A stretch of 48,701 nt of DNA from the NCBI GenBank assembly GCA_016183565.1, contig JACPEJ010000003.1, forward strand, positions 1 through 48,701, written 5' to 3'. The translations under genes and the position numbers were made by a program. Shown piece by piece: positions 9,874 through 19,008 of this stretch (within the stretch, counting starts at the first letter, position 1; every line of letters starts with the position of its first letter). This DNA is from Candidatus Blackburnbacteria bacterium. Its GTDB lineage: Bacteria; Patescibacteriota; Microgenomatia; UBA8517; UBA10165. The notes beneath the pieces are model-generated. The model worked only from the letters and a program-made list of their open reading frames with translations, made no database searches and was not told the DNA's origin.

Positions 9874-10184
9874 TCAAGATTGATTATAAAAAAGGGGGTG
9901 GTTTAGTTCCTGCAATAATTCAGGACGCAAAAACAGGTGAGGTTCTAATGTTGGGATATATGAACAAAGAAGCTCTTAAGAAAACAAGAGAAACTGGATT
10001 TGTACACTTTTGGAGCAGGAAAAGAAAAGAACTTTGGCTAAAAGGAGAATCTTCAGGGAATAAACTAAAAGTGGAAGAAATTTTTATCGACTGCGATAAT
10101 GACACAGTACTTGTAAAAGTTAGTTGCATAGGAACCGGGGTTTGCCATACTGGGGCGAGAAATTGCTTTTTCCAAAAAATATGA
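9870..10184 (+). CDS. hisI: phosphoribosyl-AMP cyclohydrolase
   Basis: 104 aa. Motifs GLVPAIIQDAKTGEVLMLGYMN, WSRKRKELWLKGESSGN, DCDNDTVL and CHTG. Has a 4-nt overlap with hisG. Confidence 0.9.
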   Translation: MIKIDYKKGGGLVPAIIQDAKTGEVLMLGYMNKEALKKTRETGFVHFWSRKRKELWLKGESSGNKLKVEEIFIDCDNDTVLVKVSCIGTGVCHTGARNCFFQKI

Positions 10185-10474
10185 CAATAGATACACTTTA
10201 CAAAATTATTCAGACCCGCAGGAAAACCATGCCTGTTGGTTCGTATGTTGCTTTACTGTTTACCAAGGGTGAGGATAAGATTATCCAAAAAGTTGGGGAG
10301 GAAGCAACTGAGGTTGTGATTGCAGCAAAAAATAAAGATAAGAAGGAAATCATTTACGAAATGGCCGATCTTTGGTTTCATTCCCTTGTGCTTTTGGCCG
10401 CATTAGACATTAAACCAGAGGAGGTTTTAAAGGAGCTTGATTCGCGACATTCTGAAAAGAAAAAGGGGGGATAG
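10181..10474 (+). CDS. hisE: phosphoribosyl-ATP pyrophosphatase
   Basis: The ATG at 10181 overlaps the hisI stop (ATGA). Contains SYVALLFTKGEDKIIQKVGEEATEVVIAAKN and EMADLWFHSLVLL. Confidence 0.85.
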   Translation: MTIDTLYKIIQTRRKTMPVGSYVALLFTKGEDKIIQKVGEEATEVVIAAKNKDKKEIIYEMADLWFHSLVLLAALDIKPEEVLKELDSRHSEKKKGG

Positions 10475-10480
10475 AAGAAT

Positions 10481-11023
10481 CTAACCATATTTCTTCACAT
10501 ATCCCCTAGCCTCTTTGATTGCGATTTTGACTGCTTCTTCTGGAGTATCGCTACCCAAGACTTTTCTTCTTTGTCTTGCATCAAAATATTGGTCAGCAAG
10601 CTTATCGGCCCAACCGCCGGTTCCGCGAAGCGCAACCATCGGTATATCAGCCTGATACGCAACAACCAACTCATTTAAAGTCCCAGAGCCTCCAGAAATT
10701 GCGATAATAGCGTCGCAAGAAAGAGAGAGAACAAATTCTCGCCCTCCACCTCGTTCAAGTCCGGATGCGATAACTACATCCACACCTTTTTCGAAAATAT
10801 TTTTGTGCTTCCCGTAAGTTATTCCCACAGTCAGACCCTCTTTTCTTTTAGCGCCGCGGCAAGCTGCTGTAGATAAAGAGTTTAAATCTTTCTCCGCCCC
10901 AAAAACCATAATATTACCCGATTCGGCAATAAGTTCGCCAACACGTTCAGCTAACCCCTCAACTCTTTTACTGTATTTAAGGTCTGCACAAGATCCCATA
11001 ACACCAATTTGTAACTTTCTCAT
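10481..11023 (-). CDS. TIGR00725/LOG-like Rossmann-fold protein
   Basis: 180 aa. Has QIGVMGS and ISGGSGTLNEL (the GGxGTxxE signature). Confidence 0.75.
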   Translation of the reverse strand: MRKLQIGVMGSCADLKYSKRVEGLAERVGELIAESGNIMVFGAEKDLNSLSTAACRGAKRKEGLTVGITYGKHKNIFEKGVDVVIASGLERGGGREFVLSLSCDAIIAISGGSGTLNELVVAYQADIPMVALRGTGGWADKLADQYFDARQRRKVLGSDTPEEAVKIAIKEARGYVKKYG

Positions 11024-11128
11024 AGCTCGATTTTAGCAGGTTTTTGAGGGGAAAGCACGAAAAGTTAAACGTGCTATAAATCCAACTCAGAATTTGTTTT
11101 CAACTACGTATAATCCAAAAAAAATAAA

Positions 11129-11845
11129 ATGGAGAGATACAGAGAAAAACTACAAGCTGAGCAGGGTTGGCAATGTAAAATACTTTTACAGCGCCATGGC
11201 CAATATGATTCAGCCAATCCTGCTCTTTCTGGCAATCAACAAGAAGCAGCGAAACATGCTGGCTTGTTAACCCCAGAGGGAATAAGCAGAACAAAATTAG
11301 TTGCACGGGGCAAAATTACTGAAATTTTCCAAACCTCTAGTAACACTCCAACCGATTTTTTGTTTTTACACAGTCCAACCAAGCTACTCGGCACCTACGG
11401 AGCCAGAGCACAACAAACGGCAGAAATAGCAACAGATTAACTACGAGAATTTGGCGATCAAAATCCTTTTGCAGTAAAATAGGTAGTCCTTGGCAAAACA
11501 CAAAATGGTACACGCCCTTTGTATAGCTTGTACGAATCTAACATTCCTGCTGCTTACGAACAGGCTCTCAAAGACAGACATGGAGATGGTCTATGGGAAG
11601 CTTATTATAACATCGCGGAAGAACTAGAAGAACTGCGTCAAACAACAGATGGAGAATCCCCTCAAGATGTAGCAACTAGAATTGTAAGAATAATGAAAAT
11701 ACTACACCGCCAAAAACTTGCACAAGCATACTTGCCAATTCAGTCGAAGTACCTACTTTTAGGAATGTTCCCTCACTGGTTGGAAAAACCCGGGTTAATT
11801 GCTCCAAAATGTCTGCAAGTTTACCTGATCCATTTATTGCAATAA
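11129..11845 (+). pseudogene. histidine-phosphatase (RHG) family gene with in-frame stops
   Basis: An LLQRHGQ catalytic motif lies near the N-terminus. ORFs 11129-11440 and 11519-11845 are in the same frame, separated by TAA (11438) and a TAG. The 3' part overlaps the convergent gene, so the true end is uncertain. Confidence 0.4.
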
Positions 11846-12350
11846 TAGGAACTAAGCGTGTACCATGACGAGCAAGGGAGCTATTTCTTTTCATGATCAT
11901 AGAAACTTCAGCATTAGTACCCCATTCTCCTCCTATAAGTACAAAGGCGTCAGCAATACTCACTAATGTAGGTGTTTCTATACCCCAAGTCACTTGAGCC
12001 AATGGCTGTGGTGGAACAGAAATAGGGAAATCAATTTTCTTCAACGCTGCATACTTAGCACTTGCTTGTGGAAAAACACCAATTGTAGGAAGTCTTAAGG
12101 TTTTAGCGACATCTAGTGCAAGCTCTGGTACCCCACCTTGTGTACCACCAGATATTATAGCAAACTTACCTAAACGGATTTTGGTTAAACGACAACCTTC
12201 TATAAGAAAATTGCTATATTTTGGCACTTGTTCCGTGCTACTTCCACCAATCACACCTAATACATGAGAAAATCCTTCCCGCTCTTTGAAAGATTGATAC
12301 TCAGAGTGTAGATTATCAAGACCGTGTTTTAGTAGTCTCTCTATGTTCAT
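11676..12350 (-). CDS. LOG/SLOG-like Rossmann-fold protein
   Basis: 224 aa. ISGGTQGGVPE and LIGGEWGTNAE resemble the LOG-family GGxGTxxE pattern. Confidence 0.55.
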   Translation of the reverse strand: MNIERLLKHGLDNLHSEYQSFKEREGFSHVLGVIGGSSTEQVPKYSNFLIEGCRLTKIRLGKFAIISGGTQGGVPELALDVAKTLRLPTIGVFPQASAKYAALKKIDFPISVPPQPLAQVTWGIETPTLVSIADAFVLIGGEWGTNAEVSMIMKRNSSLARHGTRLVPIIAINGSGKLADILEQLTRVFPTSEGTFLKVGTSTELASMLVQVFGGVVFSLFLQF

Positions 12351-12383
12351 CTTGGATACTATTTCTCTCTCTTAACACTCTTG

Positions 12384-13661
12384 CTATCTTACCAACTTCC
12401 TTTTAAGAATATTTTTTCTTCGTAGAACTGGTAATACAAACCCTATTAGAGATCCTATTGTTCCTATGGTAACAGCTAGAAATTCAGTACTTGTTTCTAA
12501 TGTTGGCAAGAAGAAATATTTAGTTATCACAATAAGGGATGCAACCGATCCTCCTCCTACCAGAGAATAATATATTTGTTCTTTTTTGAATATGGCAAAA
12601 CCTTTTTCTTCTATAACATAGGCTAAAAAGGGAACCAAAACTCCGGCTACGTAAATCGCGTAAAAAGAAACTATCAAACTTATAATTGACCTGCCAAAGA
12701 CCGCTAAAATTCCAACGATTAAAATACCACAAACTGCAGAAAACAAGGTGCCCCTATACCGCACATCCAAAAAGGTAAAGTCCTTCAGGGTTTTATTAAC
12801 AATTCTTGCAACTGCCGTCCCAGAACCCATTGCTGCAAAAGCCAAACCTAGAACCAGGACACTACCAGCGCTATCACTAATCCTGTTACCCTCCGCCATT
12901 AAGATAAGTGGCAAGGCTTGCTTTGCATCCTGCAATTCGTTGCCTATCAAATCACGTCCTGAGTAAACTATTGTTACAGGCAGAAAAACTAGGAGAGAGA
13001 GAGCGATAAATGCCGCTATCTCTCCTTTTACAGATTTACCAACAGATCGGCCTTGTACTACAAACTGGTGAAAGTCCATTCCAAGAATGGTAATTAAAAT
13101 AGTTGTAACAGCAACCCCAAATACGTTACTGAACGATCCGGCTGAAAAAGGCGCAAAATTATCAACTGCTTTCCAATATTCCTCTATCCCAAAAGATCGT
13201 AAAACTATAAAGACCATAGCAACGGTGCTTATAAAAAGAGTGCAAAGAAAAACTTTTGACAACTTATTTATATTAAGAAGTGCCATAATATTAACAACCA
13301 CAGCTAACCCCCAAATACCAATCAAAGGTGGTAACCCTAGTGTGCTTAGAACAAATGCTCCTCCTAAAACTTGAGAGGCAACTATACCAATCATCCAAAT
13401 CCATGACAACAGACTGACAATATGCTCAACATTCCTACCGTATTTCTTGCCCAAGAGGATCCATATAGGTTTCTTTTCAAGCCAATACAGTCGGGTGACA
13501 AAAATTAAGCCTAACATTCCGGTAGCAGCAGAAAGTCCATACAACGCTCCACTTTTGGCAGAAATATAAGTTGCTTCCCCAGTGCCTAACAAAAACCCCA
13601 TCCCGTAATGGAGAGAAATAAGTCCTAAAGCTACTCCCAACCAATCAAGGTTGCGTTTCAT
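12384..13661 (-). CDS. multi-pass membrane transporter (solute:sodium symporter-like)
   Basis: 425 aa and almost entirely hydrophobic, with about 11-12 predicted TM segments. The family call is tentative. Confidence 0.55.
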   Translation of the reverse strand: MKRNLDWLGVALGLISLHYGMGFLLGTGEATYISAKSGALYGLSAATGMLGLIFVTRLYWLEKKPIWILLGKKYGRNVEHIVSLLSWIWMIGIVASQVLGGAFVLSTLGLPPLIGIWGLAVVVNIMALLNINKLSKVFLCTLFISTVAMVFIVLRSFGIEEYWKAVDNFAPFSAGSFSNVFGVAVTTILITILGMDFHQFVVQGRSVGKSVKGEIAAFIALSLLVFLPVTIVYSGRDLIGNELQDAKQALPLILMAEGNRISDSAGSVLVLGLAFAAMGSGTAVARIVNKTLKDFTFLDVRYRGTLFSAVCGILIVGILAVFGRSIISLIVSFYAIYVAGVLVPFLAYVIEEKGFAIFKKEQIYYSLVGGGSVASLIVITKYFFLPTLETSTEFLAVTIGTIGSLIGFVLPVLRRKNILKRKLVR

Positions 13662-13901
13662 GCTAATAAAAAACGCACCTTTCGGTGCGTATTACTCAGC
13701 GCAAATTGCGCGGTAGACCCTATGGTCCATTGTATGGTGCAAATGATGGTGATGTCGTTTTATGGTCATATTGGTTAGAAAAAATATACATAAATTATTG
13801 TCCGCTTGCAAGACCCAAAAAACGTTGTTGACATTAGTGTTATACTACGTTTGTACCCAGTTAGCACATTGACATACTAACCCGTATTGAAGGAGAGTCC
13901 T

Positions 13902-15044
13902 GTGCATGCTGTCAACGGTGTGGACGAAACGGAGGATGGTCACCACTGTAAACCTTACTACATAGTCGGCGGGACAGAGAGCTTCTTCGCCCAACAAATC
14001 CCGGTGGAAGTTGCGAGCGCACGAGTTGCCATCTGCAACTATATCGGTCACAAGATCTACCCAAATGACCCCGTGATCTGGGTAGGCTTTGTAGAAGTGC
14101 AGCAAATGCTTGCTCGTTGTGTCCAAGAGCTCAAGGTGCGACACGGCAATCTCCCCGTTGTCTCCTGCTCCAGGTTCTACTACCCGGGAGCAGATGCATT
14201 TGTTGAGTGCAACAGAGTGGTCGACTCCTCCGGAGAGAAGATCGGCGTTGGTCCACGACCATACGCTAAAAGTATCCCGGACCAAGTCGGCCTGATCCGA
14301 AGCCTGTATCCTAATACAAGCTTCATCGTCGTAGATGACATGCTTTTCCACGGCGACACCATCAACCAGCTACGAACAAGGAGGTTGCCTGTTCGGGCGA
14401 TGGCGGCTGCCTTTGCAACGGGTGAAGCAAAGGAGGCGCTTGAGCGAAGTGGTATAGAAGTCTGTGTGGGGCATCCACTCAGAACAAACCTCCGAGACAT
14501 GCTGCCTCTTCATGACTTCCTACCCCCATTACCCCTCTGTGGGAAGGTGGTGGGGCTAGACAACATGCCACTACCGGCAATGAAGAACGACCTCTCATCC
14601 AGCTTTCCGTACCTTCTGCCGTGGATTACGCCAGAGCAGCTTTGCTCATGGGCCAGCATACCCGAAAGCCACGCCGTTCCTTTCTCGATGCTATGCCTTA
14701 AGCAGTGTCTGGCCATATTCTCGGCTCTGCGCGATGCCAATATAGTACGTCTCTCGGACCTGGCACAGTTTCGCCCGCGAGCCAGCTGTCCCTATACTCC
14801 ACCTTCGGCAGAAATCAGGCGGGATACCGAGATCACAACAATGCTTGCCCAGGCACACTCACAGTTGTCAGGTATTGTGGATTTCGTTGTACACCCAACT
14901 GATCTCTGGCAGACAAGACAAGACAAGGAGAACGGAGATGCCGAGAAACTACAAGGGGACGCGGGACTGGCTGGCGGAGGACTCAAGCCTCAGAACCCGC
15001 GTTATCAACACAGTCCGGGAAGTGTTCGAACTTTTCGGGTTTGA
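13902..15044 (+). CDS. phosphoribosyltransferase-like protein (GC-rich island)
   Basis: GTG at 13902 lies 5 nt after the AAGGAGA RBS. Has a type I PRTase-like PRPP loop, SFIVVDDMLFHGDTI. The rest is unrecognised. The 3' 107 nt overlaps the next gene. Confidence 0.5.
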   Translation: MHAVNGVDETEDGHHCKPYYIVGGTESFFAQQIPVEVASARVAICNYIGHKIYPNDPVIWVGFVEVQQMLARCVQELKVRHGNLPVVSCSRFYYPGADAFVECNRVVDSSGEKIGVGPRPYAKSIPDQVGLIRSLYPNTSFIVVDDMLFHGDTINQLRTRRLPVRAMAAAFATGEAKEALERSGIEVCVGHPLRTNLRDMLPLHDFLPPLPLCGKVVGLDNMPLPAMKNDLSSSFPYLLPWITPEQLCSWASIPESHAVPFSMLCLKQCLAIFSALRDANIVRLSDLAQFRPRASCPYTPPSAEIRRDTEITTMLAQAHSQLSGIVDFVVHPTDLWQTRQDKENGDAEKLQGDAGLAGGGLKPQNPRYQHSPGSVRTFRV

Positions 15045-16302
15045 ACCTCTTGAAACACCGATCATCGAACTCAAGGAAACACTCTTTGGAAAAGGCGGAG
15101 ACGAGACCAACCGTCTTATCTACGCTTTCTCCAAGGGCCCAGATGATATCGGCCTGAGGTTCGACCACACAGTGCCCCTGGCGCGAGTGGTAGCTCAACA
15201 CCTCGGGGAGATCACCATCCCGTACAGGCGTTACGCAATTGGTCCTGTCTTCCGTGCAGACAAGCCTCAAAAAGGCCGCTACCGCCAGTTCTGGCAGTGC
15301 GACTTTGACATGGTAGGCACAAGAAGCCCCGTAGCAGACGCCGAGGTCATCGCACTAAGCTACACCACCCTAACACGGCTCGGTTTCACCGACCAGTTTG
15401 TTACCGATGTCTTTGATCGGCGGGCACTAAACGGCATGGCTCAAGTTATTGGGGCCCTAACAAAGGAGCAATCCTTTGCGGTGCTCCGCGGCTGGGACAA
15501 GCTGGCGAAGGTTCCACGCGAGAAAATCGGGGCGGAAGTTGAGGTAGCAGGAGTCGATAGGGAGGTGTTCAACCGCTATACAGACGAGCTCCTGGCTATC
15601 GCTAACTCCTCGGTTGCGAACGACAGGGTAATCGATTGTCTTGCCGAACTCTTCCCTAACAACCAGTTGGCTACAGAGGGATTCCAAGGCCTGCGCGAGA
15701 TCCTACGCTACCTTGCAGCCTACGGCGTTCCCGAGAAGCGAGTGCGCATCAACCCAACACTTGCCCGTGGTCTCGACTACTACACCGGTCCTATCTTTGA
15801 GACGGTCGTTGAGGAAGCCGGAGTAGGATCAGTAACAGGCGGCGGAAGGTTTGACAACCTGATCGAAGACCTCGGCGGACCAAGCATCCCTGCTACAGGC
15901 AGCTCCTTCGGGCTTGAGCGATTGGTTGAGGTACTAAGAATACTCAATATCGCTCAGCCAGAAAAAACGCCGGTGCAGGTTTTTGTCGCAAGCTTCGACA
16001 CGCGGAGCACTGAGTTGGTTGAACACGCCGTGACTATTGCAACAGAACTCCGCCACTCAGGAATCAGGACTGAACTTTTCATGGGAGAAGGAACCCTCGG
16101 AAAGCAGCTCCAGGTTGCCGACAGGCGGGGTGCACCATACGCCGTGTTCGCCGGCCCAGATGAGATGGCACAAAAGGCCGTCGTAATCAAGAACCTCAGA
16201 ACCGAACTCGTAAACGGCGACAAGGTCAAGATGAAGACGGCTAACCAGAGACTGGTCCCACGACGCGAGCTCGCAGCAGAGCTCAGAAGGCTCATCGCAT
16301 GA
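14938..16302 (+). CDS. hisS: histidine--tRNA ligase, GC-rich island copy
   Basis: ATG follows AAGGAGA. Motif 2 FRADKPQKGRYRQFWQCDFD, ARGLDYYTGPIFE, GGGRFD, motif 3 GSSFGLERL, and a C-terminal anticodon-binding domain. Confidence 0.85.
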   Translation: MPRNYKGTRDWLAEDSSLRTRVINTVREVFELFGFEPLETPIIELKETLFGKGGDETNRLIYAFSKGPDDIGLRFDHTVPLARVVAQHLGEITIPYRRYAIGPVFRADKPQKGRYRQFWQCDFDMVGTRSPVADAEVIALSYTTLTRLGFTDQFVTDVFDRRALNGMAQVIGALTKEQSFAVLRGWDKLAKVPREKIGAEVEVAGVDREVFNRYTDELLAIANSSVANDRVIDCLAELFPNNQLATEGFQGLREILRYLAAYGVPEKRVRINPTLARGLDYYTGPIFETVVEEAGVGSVTGGGRFDNLIEDLGGPSIPATGSSFGLERLVEVLRILNIAQPEKTPVQVFVASFDTRSTELVEHAVTIATELRHSGIRTELFMGEGTLGKQLQVADRRGAPYAVFAGPDEMAQKAVVIKNLRTELVNGDKVKMKTANQRLVPRRELAAELRRLIA

Positions 16303-16338
16303 CGCCAGTTTCTCAGTCAGAAGGTCTCAAGTTTAGCA

Positions 16339-16412
16339 GGGGCGCGTAGCTTAGCGGCCTAAAGCGCTGGTCTGTGAAACCAGTATCACGGGTCCGAATC
16401 CCGTCGCGCCCC
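16339..16412 (+). tRNA. tRNA-His (GUG) with encoded G-1 and C73
   Basis: Hand-folded cloverleaf. G-1 plus acceptor GGGCGCG/CGCGCCC, D stem GCTT/AAGC, anticodon stem CTGGT/ACCAG with loop CTGTGAA, T stem ACGGG/CCCGT, discriminator C. No CCA is encoded. Confidence 0.88.
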
Positions 16413-16515
16413 CCTCGCTAAGCTTTGCTGGCCTAAGACGCGTACCTTAAGACGAGGGCAAGACAGGACACCACAACTGCAGTGGGAATTCTGAACTTGC
16501 CTTAATGAACAACAA

Positions 16516-16574
16516 CCCCAGGTGGAATGTTTTGCACACCAAGTGCAGACACGAAACCTGGGGCTTTCTTTTTT
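16516..16574 (+). terminator. rho-independent terminator after tRNA-His
   Basis: CCCCAGG (16516-16522) pairs with CCTGGGG (16557-16563), with an internal sub-hairpin, followed by a T-rich run. Confidence 0.6.
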
Positions 16575-16583
16575 AGTACTTAA

Positions 16584-16612
16584 TTGCTCAAAAACTGCAA
16601 AAGTGTTAGAGT
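16584..16612 (+). promoter_or_regulatory. possible promoter of native hisS (near-leaderless)
   Basis: TTGCTC, 17-nt spacer, TAGAGT (16607-16612). The ATG at 16620 is 7 nt after the -10 element. Confidence 0.3.
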
Positions 16613-16619
16613 ATGGGGG

Positions 16620-17930
16620 ATGGAGCAAAAAACATCACAAAATACTACTCCTAGTACTCCAAAGGGTTTCAGAGATTTTTTGCCCGAAAAGATGCGGGTA
16701 AGGCAATATGTTACAGAAGTCTTAATGGATGTTTTTGAATCTTTTGGTTTTGAGCCTTTACAAACTCCCACGCTGGAATATGCTTCGGTTTTGCAAGGCA
16801 AATACGGAGAAGAGGCGGATAAGCTTATGTATGTTTTCGAGGACCGTGGGGGCAGAAAGGTTGGTTTAAACTACGATCTTACTGTTCCTACCGCCAGAGT
16901 TCTTGCACAATACCAGGGCAAGATTCCCCTTCCGTTCAAGCGTTATCAAATCCAATCTTCCTATAGAGCAGAAAATCCACAAAAAGGTCGATATCGCCAG
17001 TTTGTGCAATGTGATGTTGATACATTCGGTGTATCCTCTCCCCTGGCTGATGCTGAAATAATAGCCATAATTTATACAGCTCTAAAAAGATTAGGGTTTC
17101 TAGAATTTAAGATACGCATAAACTCTCGCCAAGTGCTTTTTGGGATATTGCAAGATGCTGGTATTGGGGATAAGAAGTTACAGCTGTCGGTTTTGCAGTC
17201 AATAGATAAATTGGGCAAAAAAGCTGAGGCGGAAGTTGAGGAAGAATTAACTTCAAAAGGGCTTTCCTCAGATGGTATTAAGTCGTTATTTGAAGCAATT
17301 AAAAAGGCAACACCAGATGAGAATCTTGCTCAAATGTTTTCCTACTTGGACCAGTTTGGAGTAAGCCGAGATTGTTGGGAGTTTAGTCCTTTTATGGCAC
17401 GAGGGCTTGATTATTACACAGGTCCAATATTCGAAACCGTCTTGGAAAAACCCAAAATTGGGAGCATTACCGGCGGAGGTAGGTATGATGATCTGGTTTC
17501 GCAATTGGGAGGGCCAAATGTTCCTGCAACTGGAACTACAATAGGATTTGAGCGTATATGCGATGTAATAGAAGAATTGGGACTCTTGCGAGATGAGTTA
17601 GAAGGTAACAGAGGCATACTTGTAACAGTTTTTTCTCTAGAGTTAGTAGATCAGTCTATAAAAGTTTTGAATCTTCTTCAGGAAAGCGGTAATAACGTCA
17701 CCCTTTATCCGGACCCAAATGTCCCTTTGGAAAAACAATTATCGTACGCTAACAAAAAGGGTATTCCATTCGTAGTAATAATAGGGCCGGATGAAAAAGA
17801 AAAAGGAACTGCTCTAATAAAAGATATGGAGAGTGGAGAGCAGGAAACTGTCAAGCAAGAAAATATCGGGAAAGCAATTACAAAACAAGCCATTGAATTT
17901 GGCACAAAGGCAGTGGTGGTATTAGGGTAA
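16620..17930 (+). CDS. hisS: histidine--tRNA ligase, AT-rich native copy
   Basis: Motifs GLNYDLTVPTARVLA, motif 2 YRAENPQKGRYRQFVQCDVD, ARGLDYYTGPIFE, GGGRYD, GTTIGFERI, and an anticodon-binding domain. Confidence 0.9.
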   Translation: MEQKTSQNTTPSTPKGFRDFLPEKMRVRQYVTEVLMDVFESFGFEPLQTPTLEYASVLQGKYGEEADKLMYVFEDRGGRKVGLNYDLTVPTARVLAQYQGKIPLPFKRYQIQSSYRAENPQKGRYRQFVQCDVDTFGVSSPLADAEIIAIIYTALKRLGFLEFKIRINSRQVLFGILQDAGIGDKKLQLSVLQSIDKLGKKAEAEVEEELTSKGLSSDGIKSLFEAIKKATPDENLAQMFSYLDQFGVSRDCWEFSPFMARGLDYYTGPIFETVLEKPKIGSITGGGRYDDLVSQLGGPNVPATGTTIGFERICDVIEELGLLRDELEGNRGILVTVFSLELVDQSIKVLNLLQESGNNVTLYPDPNVPLEKQLSYANKKGIPFVVIIGPDEKEKGTALIKDMESGEQETVKQENIGKAITKQAIEFGTKAVVVLG

Positions 17931-17962
17931 TGGCATTGTGCTAGAATTAAAGACACTGCCCT

Positions 17963-18901
17963 ATGAGTCCACGCTTCGCTGCCTACCTCTTTTTACTCAC
18001 AGCTTCTTTGATCTGGGGTGTTGCAGGACCGGTTATAAAATACACTCTTTCCTACTTACCTCCTTTTAGTTTTCTTTTTTGGCGGTTTTTGGTAACTGCA
18101 GTCATTACTCTCCCCTTTTTCCTTTGGTATATAAAAAAACATCCAATCAGTTCAAAATTTATACCTCGCTTGGTAGCTTTGGGGCTTTTGAGTACAACCA
18201 TAAACCTCTCTTTTGTTTTCTTGGGTTTTAATAAAACAACAGCTTTACAAGGAACTTTAATTACTGCCATGACGCCTGTCTTTATTGCCATAGGCGGTGT
18301 GCTTTTTTTGCGCGAGAGAGTAACAAGAAGAGAACAGTTAGGTATTGCTCTTGCAATTGGTGGAACAATTTTTACGGTGGTTGAACCTTTGCTTCGAAAC
18401 GGATTTCGGGGTGCGATTGATACAACTTTAGGAAATTTGTTCTTGTTGGGCTATAATCTTTCTTGGATGGCGTATGTACTTTTATCAAAACATTGGCAAC
18501 AGGAAGAAATACGACCGTTTCATATAACCTCAATTGCTTTCTTTGTTGGCGCAATTACCTTCCTTCCTTTAGCGTTCTTTGAGACATCAGGGAAAATTCC
18601 CAGGTTCGACCTTTTACCACTCCAGGCAATCTTGGGGATACTGTACATGGCTATTCTTTCTGGTTTTGTAGGATATTTGGCCTATCAAATCGGACTTAGG
18701 AAAGTCGAGGCTGGTGAGGCAGATGTTTTTAATTATTTGCATCCGGTTTGGGCAGCTGCGCCTTCCATACTTTGGCTTGGGGAAACTACTTCCCCTACGT
18801 TTTTTGTAGGTGCAATACTAATTGCAATTGGGGTATTCATTGCGCAATACCGGCCACGACTGCTACGCTATTTCTTCCTTCGAAAACACATTCCTGCTTG
18901 A
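17963..18901 (+). CDS. EamA/DMT family transporter
   Basis: 312 aa with 10 hydrophobic segments arranged as two EamA-like halves. Confidence 0.85.
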   Translation: MSPRFAAYLFLLTASLIWGVAGPVIKYTLSYLPPFSFLFWRFLVTAVITLPFFLWYIKKHPISSKFIPRLVALGLLSTTINLSFVFLGFNKTTALQGTLITAMTPVFIAIGGVLFLRERVTRREQLGIALAIGGTIFTVVEPLLRNGFRGAIDTTLGNLFLLGYNLSWMAYVLLSKHWQQEEIRPFHITSIAFFVGAITFLPLAFFETSGKIPRFDLLPLQAILGILYMAILSGFVGYLAYQIGLRKVEAGEADVFNYLHPVWAAAPSILWLGETTSPTFFVGAILIAIGVFIAQYRPRLLRYFFLRKHIPA

Positions 18902-19008
18902 TATATCTTGATAGCAATAGCGAAGCGTACAAACACTTTGTTTTGTCTTAGTATTTGCTTATAGTGTTATGGTTGGTTTAAAATAAACTGTCTGCGGCGA
19001 ACTAGCAT

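Noticed and set aside
13845-16295. Antisense and alternative-frame ORFs in the GC-rich island, including 13845-14351, 14110-14295, 14180-14500, 14510-14740, 14792-14986, 14983-15270 and 15954-16295.
   Set aside because: These are shadow ORFs expected in high-GC DNA. The sense frames carry the HisRS and PRTase motifs.
16413-16574. Possible second T-box in front of the native hisS (CAGGUGGAAUG resembles GGUGGNACC).
   Set aside because: ACCGCG is missing, and the UGGN base would be A, which does not fit C73. The hairpin looks like the terminator of the tRNA-His unit.
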